The notes: generated from the sequence alone by a model not told the origin. DNA of 64,000 bases from Octopus sinensis (GCF_006345805.1 NC_042999.1:154504001-154568000), one strand, 5' to 3'. Positions 49,429 to 61,495 are shown, counted from the first letter of the stretch. Program-made: numbers and translations.

Positions 49429-51213
49429 CAGTAGTTTTATTTTTATAGCGTGCTTTCACTTCACTACCGAGCTCAGGTATGTGCTGTGATTTGTTGTGAT
49501 GCTCTGATGGTTATTGTATGGAAAATGTTCTGCGTAGGATGTGTGCAGTGCCTAGTAGTGCAATTTTCTGTATGTTATATGTGTTTGTAAGTCCTGGTGT
49601 TTTTGTTATGTATTTGTCTGAATATTTTTTTATCATGCCTAATGCACCTACTATGAAGGAATTGTTTCTGTTTTTAGATTCCACATTCTGGTTACCTCTA
49701 TTTCCAGGTCTTTGTATTTTGAAAGTTTCTCCATTTCTTTTAGAGACACGTTGTCATCAGCCGGTATTGATACATCAATTAGAAAGCATTTTTTTTCTTC
49801 ATGATCTCTGACAACTATATCTGGTCTGTTGGCCTTAATTTCTCTATCTGTGTGTATCGGCATATCCCAGAGTATGGTTGCTTTCTCGTTTTCTGTGACC
49901 TTTTCTGGTGTGTGCCTATACCATCTTTTTTCTGTTGTTATTCCATAATGTTGGCATAGCTTCCAGTGTATGTAGGTTCCAACTCTGTCATGTCTGTGAA
50001 TATATTCCTTCTTAGCTAGGACTGGGCAGCTAGAGATAATATGATTTATTGTTTCTTGTCCATCTCCACATATTCTGCAGTTACTTGTTATATTTCTTTT
50101 CATTACATGTTTTTGGTAATTTCTGGTGGGGAGGCTTTGGTCTTGTGCTGCAATTAAAAATCTCTCTGTCTCTGCTTTGAGTCCTGAGCTTCTCAACCAT
50201 TGCTGGGATTTTTCTTTGTCTATTTCTTTTGCGTTTAGTTTAGTCCAGTATTTACCATGAAGGGGCTTTTCTTGCCATCGTTTTATCATGGTTCGTTGCT
50301 GTTCTGTTTTAGTTTGGATTTCATTTGTTTTATAGCTTTTGTTGTTTCTTCATCTTCTTCTTCTTCTTCTTCATATTTATTAGGTGGTATGATTTCTTGT
50401 TTGTATTGTCAGCTTCCTTAAATACTGAGAACAGTTTTTTGTTTTGCTCGTGTTTTGCCGCTATTTGTATCAGTTTTCCTTCCTTCTGAAGTAGATATTT
50501 TTGCAGTCCTATGGTGGTTATTTTATAGTAGTTTTCCAGTTGTATAAGGCCTCTACCACCTTCTATACGTTGTATATATAGTCTTTCTATGTCAGATTTT
50601 GGGTGGTGCATCCTAGATCCTGTCATTATTTTTCTTGTTTTCCTATCTATTTTGGTCAGTTCATTTAGTGTCCAGTTAAGGATATTGTAGCTGTAACTTA
50701 TAACTGGGACAGCTAAAGTGTTAATACCTATTATCTTGTTTTTAGCATTGAGCTCTGTTTTTAGTATTGATCTAACTCGTCTATAATATTCTTTTTTTAT
50801 TTTCTCTTTCATTTGTGTGTGTTGTGTCTTATCTAGTTCATGGATTCCTAAGTATTTGTAAGTTTGGCTTTGGTCTAATTCTTTTATTTCATTGGTTTTA
50901 TCTAGTGTGATGTTGCTACTCTTAACTAGTTTTCCTCTTTTCAGGGTTACTTTGGCGCATTTTTCTAATCCAAATTTCATATCTATTTCTTTGGTAAATC
51001 CATGAACTGTCTTTAATAGTTTTCCAGCTGTTTGTCATTTGCAGCGAATAGTTTTAGGTCATCCTTATATAAAAGGTGGCTGATCGTTTTGCCGTAACAT
51101 TTATATCCGCATCCAGTTCTATTTAGCATATCAGATAGAGGTGACAGTGCCAAGCAGAAAAGGAGTGGAGAGAGAGTGTCTCCCTGGAATATTCCTCTTC
51201 TAATGGGGATGGC
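49429..51213 (-). pseudogene. R4/Dong-type non-LTR retrotransposon, 5'-truncated (RT C-half, CCHC finger, RLE)
   Basis: RRGIFQGDTLSPLLF, YKDD (decayed YxDD), KFGLEKCA, CRICGDGQETINHIISSC, RPDIVV..FLIDVSIP, KLSKYKDL; frameshifts; (TAA)n on both sides. Confidence 0.92.
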
Positions 51214-51944
51214 TATTATTATTATTATTATTATTATCATTATTATTATCATTATTATTGAGTGAGAAGAGCAGTGCATGCCATCAAAGTGACACTGAGG
51301 TTAAATATGTGAAGCTCATTATAACTATCATGACTACCCGTCTGATAAGGGTACACCGAGCACATGCATTATTATTATTATTATTATTATCATTATTATT
51401 GTTATTGTTGTTATTTTTTCATTAAAACAATTAAAAACGATCGCTCAGAATACCGCGTGATGGAACTGAACCCAAAACCACGCTGTACTAAAGCGAGCTT
51501 CTTAACCACTCACCCATGACTGCGTCTGTCACTGGAACCACTTCGGTTGCTATTTCTAGCAAGTCGAGCAACCAGTTACAGGCTCTTTCCTTGACTCACG
51601 GCTAGATTTAAAATCGAGTTTGAAAGGAAATACTTTAATAAAAGATACAGCAAAAAAATAAATACAATAAAATAACAGCAACAATATTAGCGTAGATAGA
51701 AGAAAGTAATACTTCGTAGAGTAAAAATCAAAACCATATTGCTAAACTGTGAAGAACATGTTTAGATGTGAAGCAAAGATCAGCTTACTTTCAGACAAGA
51801 TGTTGCCAACTTTGGTGGAGTGTTTTATAAACTTTTTTTTTTTTTTTCATATTTTCCAATTTTGCTGTCGTTGATCTAATGGCTGTTTGAATAATACATC
51901 GAACCCGAGTGAGAAGATATCTAATATCAAATGACACCACAGTT

Positions 51945-51975
<31 letters not shown>

Positions 51976-52249
51976 GTACAGTTGCTCCTCTATACCATCA
52001 TCATCATCATCATCGCTAAAATTATTCAACAATCTCATCGTTTTCATTAAAATAATTATTAAAATGTTGATATTCTTGATTTTGGAGTCACGAAAATAAC
52101 CTTTGCTCTTCCTCTTCTTCTTCCTCCTCCTCATCCTCATCGTCATCATCATCATCATTATCATTATTATTATTATCATTATTATTATCATCATTATTAT
52201 TATTATTATTATTATTGTTGTTGTTGTTGTTGTTGTTATTTTCTCATAG

Positions 52250-52522
52250 GTTTTGTTGTAGCTCCAGGAGTCTTGCATCAATAGCGGGCTTACAACCTGC
52301 AACCTACGGTTCCATGCTGTCCATTCTTTTCAGCCATCTAATACTTTCCTGATTATTCTGGTCGTGCCATGGAGGCAAACGTTTTGTAAGAGCTCTACTC
52401 GGCACACTGTTCCAATTTCCTTTATATTCCTCTTGATGCCTTCTGATATTGTTCCCAAAAACCCAACAATAATTGGCACTATCTTCACCTTCTTTATTTT
52501 CTATAGCCGGGCTATTTCGAAC
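52250..52522 (-). pseudogene. R4/Dong-type element, extreme 3' end
   Basis: IVPIIVGFLGTI..VELLQNVCLHGTTRIIRKVLDG*. Confidence 0.75.
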
Positions 52523-52564
52523 TTAAGAGGGTTGTATCTATCTATTTATCTATCTATCTATCAG

Positions 52565-52648
<84 letters not shown>

Positions 52649-52749
52649 TTATCTATCTATCTATTTATCTCTCTCTCTCTATCTATCTATATATCTATTT
52701 ATCTATCTATCTATCTATCTATTTATCTATCTATCTATTATCATTATTA

Positions 52750-52809
<60 letters not shown>

Positions 52810-52869
52810 TATTATTATTATTATTATTATTATTGTCACGATTATCACGCTTGTACATGCTAATTTACT

Positions 52870-53260
52870 TAGCAGATAATTTATCTTGAGGTCTGGTGAC
52901 AAAAAGTCTCCTCAAATCTCAAGAATTTTCTTTAGAATTCTAGCAGAATGTAGGAAGGTAATTTTCTGCAGGTTTCCCCATTTCTTTCTGTCTTTTAGGT
53001 AGCACATCGGATGCTGTGCCAAATGCTTCTATGACTACAAGAATAATTGTTGACTTGGTCTTCCACAGTCTCCCCAGATCTCTAATTAGATTCTGATATA
53101 TCTCATTTTTTCTTCAAATTCTTTGGAATTAACTCTGCTGTCACAGGGAATTTCAAAATCTATGACCATACAGACTTTATTTTGCCTTTTACAATCTTAT
53201 CTACAGTCTCCAGTCCTGATGTTATGATGCTAGGTGTTCACCCCATTATTTTGTCCATCT
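52870..53260 (-). pseudogene. R4/Dong-type RLE fragment
   Basis: CMVIDFEIPCDSRVNSKEFEEKMRYQNLIRDLGRLWK. Confidence 0.7.
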
Positions 53261-53264
53261 CCTG

Positions 53265-53379
<115 letters not shown>

Positions 53380-53404
53380 GTGTGTGTATGTATATATATA
53401 TATA

Positions 53405-53697
53405 CTAGCAGTATCGCCCGGCGTTGCTCGGGTTGTAAGGGAAATAACTATATAAGCATTTTTAGAGAGTTACTTCCCTTATATAAAAGCGAAAAAATGC
53501 ATTAAAATGGAAAAATATGATGGTAAATTTTTTAAAATCGTAGACTCATCGTAGACGCGCGCTAATACCCAGAAGGGCTCGATATGAATCACGACTATAA
53601 GATACCCGCTTTTGGTTAAACTGCACCGCAAAATGTGGGAGTAGTTACGAATCTAAATCGTAGGAGACAGACACACAACTTCACTCTTATATAAAGA
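53405..53697 (-). mobile_element. Non-autonomous Helitron (family H1), internally deleted
   Basis: A|TCTTTATAT...cccgagcaacgccggg..CTAG|T; lacks ~100 bp present in the 54475 copy, deleted between tttagaga repeats. Confidence 0.8.
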
Positions 53698-54169
53698 TGC
53701 TTTTTTTTTCAGTCATAGAGTTAGATTTATGAAGGTCTTCAGTAGAAAATCCTTCGAATTCTGACTCGCTGCTTGATATAATGAAATTCGTATCCATTTT
53801 TTGTCAGAATTACAAATTTTGAAAACACAATAGGAACAAATTTCGGAAAAAAATCTCCCATAATTCACAGAATTAAAATTACACTTCGATTTTTGTACAA
53901 AACTGTATTTGAAGTGTTTACGAAGTATAATACGTGTTTTCACGAATGTACTAAAGAGATTTACTCTGATATTCTCATTTAAATATGAATAGGTAAATTC
54001 GGGCGGTTTGGTAACGAAAGGGTTTATATAAGTGTCGTCTGTTTATACATAAACACTGTTTCATACTTTCAGTTTAGTCTTCCTCAAATCACTCTGTCGC
54101 TATTTACTCTCTTCCAAGAACATTTTCACTCACTCTTATCTGTTAGCTTGCCATACATTTTACTCATGT

Positions 54170-54474
54170 ATCTATCAGCGTGATAGACAGAAACAAATAT
54201 TACATCTAGTTTCACTTTATTCGTTGCACACTGTGTGTGTGCGTTTGCGTGTGCTGTAAACCAGACTAAGAAAAGCATTTGACATACACACCAGAATGTG
54301 AGTTTTCTGTAAAGTTTGCTTAATTGGAGTTTAAATTTAAAAAACTGGACCTGGCAAAACCCGATGCATTCTACTCTTAAAAATGCTAGGTAAATTGTAA
54401 TTGAAGAAATCCTATATTGTAGATTTCTATAACTGACAAAGGAAGGCAGATAAAATCTGCCTTTTATAATAAGA
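54170..54474 (-). mobile_element. Helitron-like family H2, 5' portion
   Basis: Minus strand starts TCTTATTATAAAAGGCAGATTTTATCTGCC; second copy at 56160-56434. Confidence 0.55.
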
Positions 54475-54869
54475 CTAGCAGTATCGCCCGGCGTTGCTCG
54501 GGTTTGTAAGGGAAATAATTATATAAGCATTTTTAGAGATGTAAAGTATAATAGCCATCTCAATATAGCTAACCACAAAGGGGGAGGGGTGTTACTGTAG
54601 CTTTTTACGTTCTGAGATTTAATAATAAATTTTAGAGAGTTACTTCCCTTATATATGTCAAAAATGGATTAAAAATGGGAAAAATTGATGGTAAATTTTT
54701 TTTTAAATCGTAGACTCATCGTAGACGCGCGCTAATACCCAGACCGTCTCGATATGAATCACGACTATAAGATACCCGGTTTTGGTTAAACTGCACCGCA
54801 AAATATGGGAGTAGTTAGGAATCTAAATCGTAGGAGACAGACACACAACCTCACTTTTATATATAAAGA
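54475..54869 (-). mobile_element. Non-autonomous Helitron (family H1)
   Basis: TC...CTAG termini, 3' hairpin, A|T insertion site. Confidence 0.8.
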
Positions 54870-55029
54870 TTTCCTCTATTTACATAATATTGAGGTCTCT
54901 TTCTTTCTTTTGTTATCTTACTGTTTTTACCAATATACATATATATATATATATAAATATATATAGTTACAGAGATGTACTTGCATAGCAAGTGACTTGA
55001 TCTGAGATCGTGTGCTGGAACGAAAACAG

Positions 55030-55288
55030 TTGCAGCGTTGAAGGTGTTTATAAGCCATTTAAGAAACACACAAAAACCGTTAGATTCACTTCAACATTTA
55101 AATTTAATTTGTCAAAATATTTTCGTCGCTTTGAGACCGCGACCTGTTAGCACGATATTTTTGTCAGTGAACAGGTCGCGGTCTCAAAGCGAGGAAAATA
55201 TTTTGGCAAATTAAATTTAAATGTTGAAGTGAATCTAACGGTTTTTGTGTGTTTCTTAAATGGCTTACAAACACCTTCCACGCTGCAA
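55030..55288. repeat. Fold-back inverted repeat, 119-bp arms, 21-nt spacer, 4 mismatches
   Basis: 55030-55148 versus 55170-55288. Confidence 0.92.
55161..55209 (+). ncRNA. Hammerhead motif, G3:C8 swapped core, UUU triplet
   Basis: ttgtca GTGAACA g gtcgc/gcga(g;c in the left arm) GAAA, palindromic aatatt, t, tg(g;a)caa. Confidence 0.55.
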
Positions 55289-55299
55289 TATATATAACA

Positions 55300-55305
55300 C
55301 ACATA

Positions 55306-55336
<31 letters not shown>

Positions 55337-55590
55337 GTGTATATGTGTATGCATGTATGTGTGTGTGTGTGCGTGTCTGTGCTTGTGATTGTCCTCCACC
55401 ACTGCTTGACAACGAATGTTGGTTTGTTTACATCCCTGTCACCTAGTGGTTTGACAAAGGAAACAGATAGAATAAGTACAATGCTTACAAAAATAAAACT
55501 GGAGTTGATTCATTAAACTACAATTCTTCAAGGCATTGCCCCAGCATGGCCACAGACCAATGGCTGGAAAAAGCAGAAGAATAAAAGAAT
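55300..55590 (+). mobile_element. SINE family B, 3' half, diverged
   Basis: cttgacaac..gatagaataagtac..ccccagcatggccacag. Confidence 0.65.
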
Positions 55591-55656
55591 ACATTCTCTG
55601 CTTTGGTCTTATGTTCAAGGCATGAGAAAGCTTGAGTTTACATGAGAAGGCCTAAC

Positions 55657-55921
55657 AGACCTGGTAGAAACAGCAGCCAAATCTCCCTCAAATCACACCT
55701 TACTGTCTTATGTATGTATATATATATGAGCCAATGAGGGGGACCTCTACATGGTAGCTAGACCTGGTAGAAATAGCAGCCAAATTTCCCCCAAATCACA
55801 CCTTACTGTCTTATCTATGTATATATGTATGTATGAGCCTATGAGGGAGACCCCTACATGGCAGCTAGACATGGTAGAAATAGCAGCCAAATCTCCCTCA
55901 AATCACACCTTACTGTCTTAT
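55657..55921 (+). repeat. ~105-bp tandem repeat, 2.5 copies
   Basis: agacctggtagaaa(c/t)agcagccaaat..tcacaccttactgtctta at 55657, 55760, 55867. Confidence 0.85.
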
Positions 55922-56159
55922 CTTTCTGCTACTTGGATATAGGTGTTATATTCGTCGTAAAAAATTTTCCTGTCACACACTCACGCACACGCACACACAC
56001 ACACACACACACGCACCCTCACACACACACACACGCGCACACCCACACACACCCACTCACACACACGCACGTTAGCTTACAATTTTATTTATATATTTGC
56101 GTGTCTATGTGTGGAAAGAGGAAGTGGGAGGCAGAGTGAAAGAATCACTCACTACAGTA

Positions 56160-56433
56160 AGTCAATTACTTTCATTTTATTCGTTGCCCACTGTGTGTGT
56201 GCGTTTGCGTGTGGTGTAAACCAGACTAAGAAAAGCATTTGACACACACACCAGAATGTGAGTTTTCTGTAAATTTTGCTTAATTGGAGTTTAAATTTTA
56301 GAAACTGGACCTGGCATGACGCGATGCATTGTACTGTTAAAAATGCTAGGTAAATTGTAATTGAAGAAATCCTATATTGTAGATTTGTATAACTCCCAAA
56401 GGGAGGCAGATAAAATCTGCCTTTTATAATAAG

Positions 56434-56434
<1 letters not shown>
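56160..56434 (-). mobile_element. Helitron-like family H2, 5' portion
   Basis: Copy of 54170-54474. Confidence 0.55.
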
Positions 56435-56521
<87 letters not shown>

Positions 56522-56612
56522 TAGAAATATTAAAATAACTAAGTCTCTCTAAACTAGGTAAATAAAACCATCGAACAGAGATTGTCGGAAGCGACACCTA
56601 CTGGCTGGCTGC

Positions 56613-56654
56613 GCTGCATTGAAAAGGGGCAATACTCCGAAACGCGTCTGTAGC
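56613..56654 (+). ncRNA. Minimal type I hammerhead ribozyme motif, U3:A8 variant
   Basis: gctgca TTGAAAA gggg-caata-ctcc GAAA, palindromic acgcgt, GUC, tgtagc. Confidence 0.8.
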
Positions 56655-56820
56655 TGCCGGTCAAGTAGTGTGGAGCGACTGACCTCCCTTGTTCGAGGGT
56701 TATATGGATACAGTTTGTGTATCAAATGGCTAACTTAAGGCGATGGCCTCATGGAGCTAATAAGCGGACAGCTTTTTTCTTATTTTTATAAGAATGCCAT
56801 ATTAGTATGGCGATGACTAT

Positions 56821-56884
<64 letters not shown>

Positions 56885-56887
<3 letters not shown>

Positions 56888-57222
56888 GGAGGAGACCCCT
56901 TCGGTCATGAATGACCATGGGATTGCACCTAGAAAGTTACCCTCCGAGGCACAAGTCAGAGTAAGATTGTTTGTGGAAGGCCACCAGTCGCCCATGCATA
57001 CTAGCCTCTCCACACCACTAATGTTATCCAAGGAAAAAGCAAAGGCCGATACAGCTTGGCACCAGTGATGTCGCAACTCATTTCTACAGCTGAGTGAACT
57101 GGAGCAACGTGAAATAAAGGGACTTGCTCAAGAACACAACACGCAGCCCTGTCCTGGATTCGAACTCACAACCTCACGATCGTAAGATCTACGCTCTAAC
57201 CACTGAGCCATGCGCCTTCACT
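56885..57222 (-). mobile_element. tRNA-derived SINE (family C-like head) with RTE-like tail
   Basis: Head gaaggcgcatggctcagtggttagagc..gtgagttcgaatcc; tail ccgaaggggtctcctccttcat. Confidence 0.7.
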
Positions 57223-57339
57223 GTATATATGTCTGTGTGTGTGTGTATGTATGTATGTATGTATGTATGTATGTATGTATGTATGTATGTATGTATGTAT
57301 GTATGTATGCATGTATGCATATATGTATGTATGTATTTG

Positions 57340-57540
57340 TATGTTTGTGTTTGTCACCTCGCCATCGTCTGACAACTGATGCTGGTGTGTTCCCGTGCAC
57401 ATAACGGCGGTTCAGCAAAAGAGACCGATAGAATAAGTACTAGGCTTACAAAGAGTAAGTCCTGGGGTCGACTTGTTCGACTAAAACGGCGGTGCTTCAG
57501 CTTGGCCGCAGTCAAATGACTGAAACAAGTAAAAGAATAA
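57340..57540 (+). mobile_element. SINE family B, 3' half
   Basis: Family-consensus match. Confidence 0.75.
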
Positions 57541-57789
57541 CGTTTCTTTTAAACATCGAATGGCTATGAGAGTCCACTGGAGTCCACTCGAGGGGACACG
57601 AGTAAAATAAGAATCAAAGAGTTCTATAGGCAAAAATGGACTAAATCTTTGAGGCCGGTGCTCCAGCATGGTCGTACTCACAATGAATCAAACATGTTAT
57701 AAATAAAATGAGATGTTGCTGCATCTGGTAAAGTTTCACTTGTTCATTAATCAGCGGAGCAGATGCTTCCAACTGAAAACAGCTTCTCA

Positions 57790-57803
57790 ACACACACACG
57801 CTT

Positions 57804-57846
<43 letters not shown>

Positions 57847-58446
57847 TACACACATACGCTCACACATGGGCACACAGACACACACTCTCACACACACAGA
57901 CACACACGGACACACACACACACAGACACACTCGCACAAACACGGAGACATACACTCGCACGCACACACACGCACACACATACGCTCACACATGGGCACA
58001 CAGGCACACACACGGACACAAACACTCGCACACACGCACACACACAGACGGACACAGACACACACACACACACACGGACTCACACACACACAGACACACA
58101 CACACGGACACACACACATGGACATACACACGGACACACACACAAACACACGGGCACATCCACTCGCACACACCCATGCACATGCACACACACACACGCA
58201 CTCACATACACACGGACACACATAGACACGCACACGTGGACACATACACTCACACACGCACAAACGATTACACACATTCACACACACACACACACACACA
58301 CACGGGCACATGCACTCGCACACAAACACACACGCACCCACACACACACACTCGTACACAGACGCACGCACACACACACACGGACAAACACACACGGACA
58401 CACGGATGCAGATACTGGCACACACACGGACATACAAACGGACACG

Positions 58447-58485
<39 letters not shown>

Positions 58486-58500
58486 ACACACACACATACA
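57790..58500. repeat. ~700-bp degenerate (CA)n cryptic repeat
   Basis: CA tract with recurring gga/ggc/ctc interruptions and internal duplications. Confidence 0.9.
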
Positions 58501-58944
58501 CTGGCACGCATGCGCTCAAAGAGAAAGAGATGATGGCGAGAAGAGTGCAGCGACCGAGGCTAGAGGCACATGTCAACCAATTCAGTAACACTTCGTATTT
58601 GCCTATTAAATATGAACATAACCTCTTCAATTATTTATCTTAGAATTCTCTACGCAATATAACCCTCACACCTTCCCTTTCCCTCCTCACGTTCTTCCTT
58701 TCTCCCTCTGTTTCCCATTCCAACTCTTTCCCTTTCTCTCCTCTTCCTCTCTCCTCCTCTGTTCTCTCTCTATCTCTTTCTCTCTCTCTTGTACATTTTA
58801 TGTTAGTTTTCTCTGTATCTTTCTTTCAATCTCTCTTTTATCACTCTGTCTCCCTCCACCCTCTCTCTCTCTCCCTCTCGATCGTATTTGTCAGTTTCGT
58901 CGTATGAAACATATTTCTCTTATTTATCAAACTCAAAATGTGAA

Positions 58945-59120
58945 GGCGTGTGGCCTAGTGTTTGCCCTCAGAATCGCTAGATCGTGGGTTCAATCCCCAG
59001 ATCAAGCAGCGTGCTGTGTTCTTGCTCAAGAACACAACACGCAGCCCGGTCCGGGAATCGAACTCACAACCTCACGATCGTAAGCTCTACGCTCTAACCA
59101 CTGAGCCATGCGCCTTCACT
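58945..59120. mobile_element. Two SINE C-type heads joined in inverted orientation
   Basis: Junction gtgttcttg-ct-caagaacac. Confidence 0.65.
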
Positions 59121-59627
59121 GAATATATGTCTATGTGTGTGTATGTATGTATATATGTATGTATGCATATATGTATGTATGCATATATGTATGTATTTGT
59201 ATGTTTGTGTTTGTCGAGGGGACACGAGTAAAATAAGAATCGAAGAGTTCTATAGGCAAAAATGGACTAAATCTTTGAAGCCGGTGCTGCAGCATTTCAT
59301 AATAGTCGACTTTTGTATACAGGAATAGGGAAAAGTATGTATACAGTTACTTAATATGAACAGAACGTTCTTTTCATTTCTCTATTTCTTTTTTAGGATA
59401 AGAATTCTATGATTCTAAGTTCTTTTTAACTAATTCCTTCTGTAAAAAAAAAACAATTATTCCCAATTTCAGATAGTGATTACAAATTTCCAATTTTACC
59501 AACGATAAACAAAAGTGGATCACCAAGCAGTATTGGAAAACAGGGAATGCAGAAATGGTTAGACGGAAATGGACTGAAGAATTTCAAAGACCAGCTCCGT
59601 CAAGATTAACAGTTTACAGAATACGTG

Positions 59628-59865
59628 ATAAGGCGGCGAGCTGGCAAAAACGTTAGCACGCCGGGCGAAATTCTTAGCGATATTTCGTCTACCGTTACGT
59701 TCTGAGTTCAAATTCCGCCGAGGTCGACAATGCCTTTCATCCTTTCGGGATCGATTAAATAAGTACCAGTTACGCACTGGTATCGATATAATCGACTTAA
59801 TCCGTTTGTCTGTTCTTGTTTGTCCCCTCTGTGTATAGCCCCTTGTGGACAGTAAAGAAATAAGA
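59628..59865 (+). mobile_element. SINE family A with probable TSD
   Basis: agaatacg(t/g)gataa at both ends. Confidence 0.85.
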
Positions 59866-59874
59866 ATACGGGAT

Positions 59875-60060
59875 AAATTTTAGCAAACTGGGTCCATCTG
59901 CAATGCAAAGAAAAGTGGTCGACCGGTCAGTGTTGCCACTGAATAAAATGAAATGCTTGTTGCTCAATCATTCACTCAAGGTCCACAGGCATAAAAAAAG
60001 GTGGGCTTTCTAATGAACTAGGCATCTCCCACAGATCACTTAGTCGCTTAAGTTTGAACA
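59875..60060 (+). pseudogene. Tc1/mariner N-terminal HTH remnant
   Basis: TGSICNAKKSGRPVSVATE..LVAQSFTQGP..ELGISHRSLSR. Confidence 0.5.
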
Positions 60061-60912
60061 AAAATAAAGGAATACAAGGAACATTCCAGTCATACTTACT
60101 TTTGCCCACCAGGATAATGAGATTGCTGTGGTTAACCTTCGGTCTGAACCTGCACAGGTTTGTGTCAGCATGAAGCAATCCATAGGGAAATTGCTTCCAC
60201 TGTGCTGACATGTTCTCTATACATCAGCCTAACGACGTAATCTTCACTAAGACCTACTATAACCCAATAGACAGCCATGTATTTGCTGCAGAGAACTTTT
60301 ACAGAACTCGATATTCTGATGTTTAAATGAATATACTAAAAAAACATACAAACTTCTGGCTGCTCCACCAACGTCTTCAACTTTATGTGTAAAATGTGTC
60401 TCGTCAATCATTGAAGTAGGAAGTATTTATTTTGGTTTTTATTCAAAACATTCATCATATTATAAATATCATTTATTTTCTACTGTCTAGTTTTTCGTTT
60501 ATTCTTTGCTTTCTTTTTCCATCTGCGAATCCATATATTTTTTTCGATCTGCAAAACGAAACAGCATTACATATAGATATATATATATGTGTGTGTGTGT
60601 GTGCGTGATTTGTGTGTGTGTGTGCGTCTGTGTGTACGTATGTATGTTTATATGTATGCATAATTGTATGTATGTACACATACACAGCACACACAAATAT
60701 GTTTGTATAAATGTATATATGTGTGTATGTTTATATATATGTGTGTATATATATTATATATGTGTGCGTACATATATCATATAGATATACATAATATATA
60801 CACACACGTATGTATAATATATATACACATATATATATATATACACGTACACACACATATAAACATTAAATATATTTGTATAAATATATATGTATACATA
60901 TATATACATATG

Positions 60913-60959
<47 letters not shown>

Positions 60960-60960
<1 letters not shown>

Positions 60961-61167
60961 ACAATTATTCGGTAGCCATGACAAAACTCCGAGTTTCGGA
61001 CGTCGGGAAGGAAACCCACCCCGCCATCTTTTCAGTTATCCGGCTATCAAAAGAATGCATTTTCATAGCATTTTTTCGATGGCCGGATAACTGAAGAGAT
61101 AGCGGCGTTGGGTTTCCTCCCCGACATCCGAAACTCGGAGTTTTATCATGGCTACCGAATAATTGTC
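60960..61167. repeat. Fold-back inverted repeat, ~99-bp arms, 9-nt loop
   Basis: aatgc-attttcata-gcatt centre. Confidence 0.92.
61086..61147 (+). ncRNA. Type I hammerhead ribozyme motif with extended stem II
   Basis: gataa CTGAAGA gat..gttggg/cccgac..atcc GAAA actc-g-gagt, GUU, ttatc. Confidence 0.7.
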
Positions 61168-61249
61168 ACATTTTAATTTTACAGATAAATTCCTCTATTT
61201 ACATAATATCGAGGTATCTTTCATTCTTTTGTTGTCTTACCATTTCTAT

Positions 61250-61280
<31 letters not shown>

Positions 61281-61319
61281 ACGGGAAGCTTTATGAAAAT
61301 AAACAAAAGACGAAGGCAG

Positions 61320-61495
61320 GTGGAATACAAACAAACAATTGTATTAGTATGGCGCTCAGGAATATAAATAAAACAAGTCTTTTACGTTTCGAGCCTACGC
61401 TCTTCAACAGAAAGATACACAGAAAAGAAACACGGAGAGAAACAAGGAGAGAAAAAAATGCGTGCAGAAGCTAGCGAATCAACTTGGCGATCTAT
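61320..61495 (-). mobile_element. Solo PLE pLTR-like unit (family 3)
   Basis: Minus strand tttCTGTTGAagagc-gtag-gctcGAAACG. Confidence 0.55.

Larger units (their letters stand above)
48015..52246. repeat. Three-copy tandem duplication (~600-bp unit) interrupted by independent insertions
   Basis: aaaaacaattgctcagaa..aaaaccacgctgtactaaagcgagc unit starts at ~48015, ~48981 and ~51420. Confidence 0.9.

Noticed and set aside
49429-51213. Active Dong element
   Set aside because: 5'-truncated within RT, YKDD at the catalytic motif, and at least two frameshifts.
57713-58643. Long His/Thr-rich and Cys/Val-rich ORFs (up to 256 aa) on both strands
   Set aside because: They are translations of a degenerate (CA)n tract, open in most frames simply because CA repeats lack stops; not a metal-binding protein.
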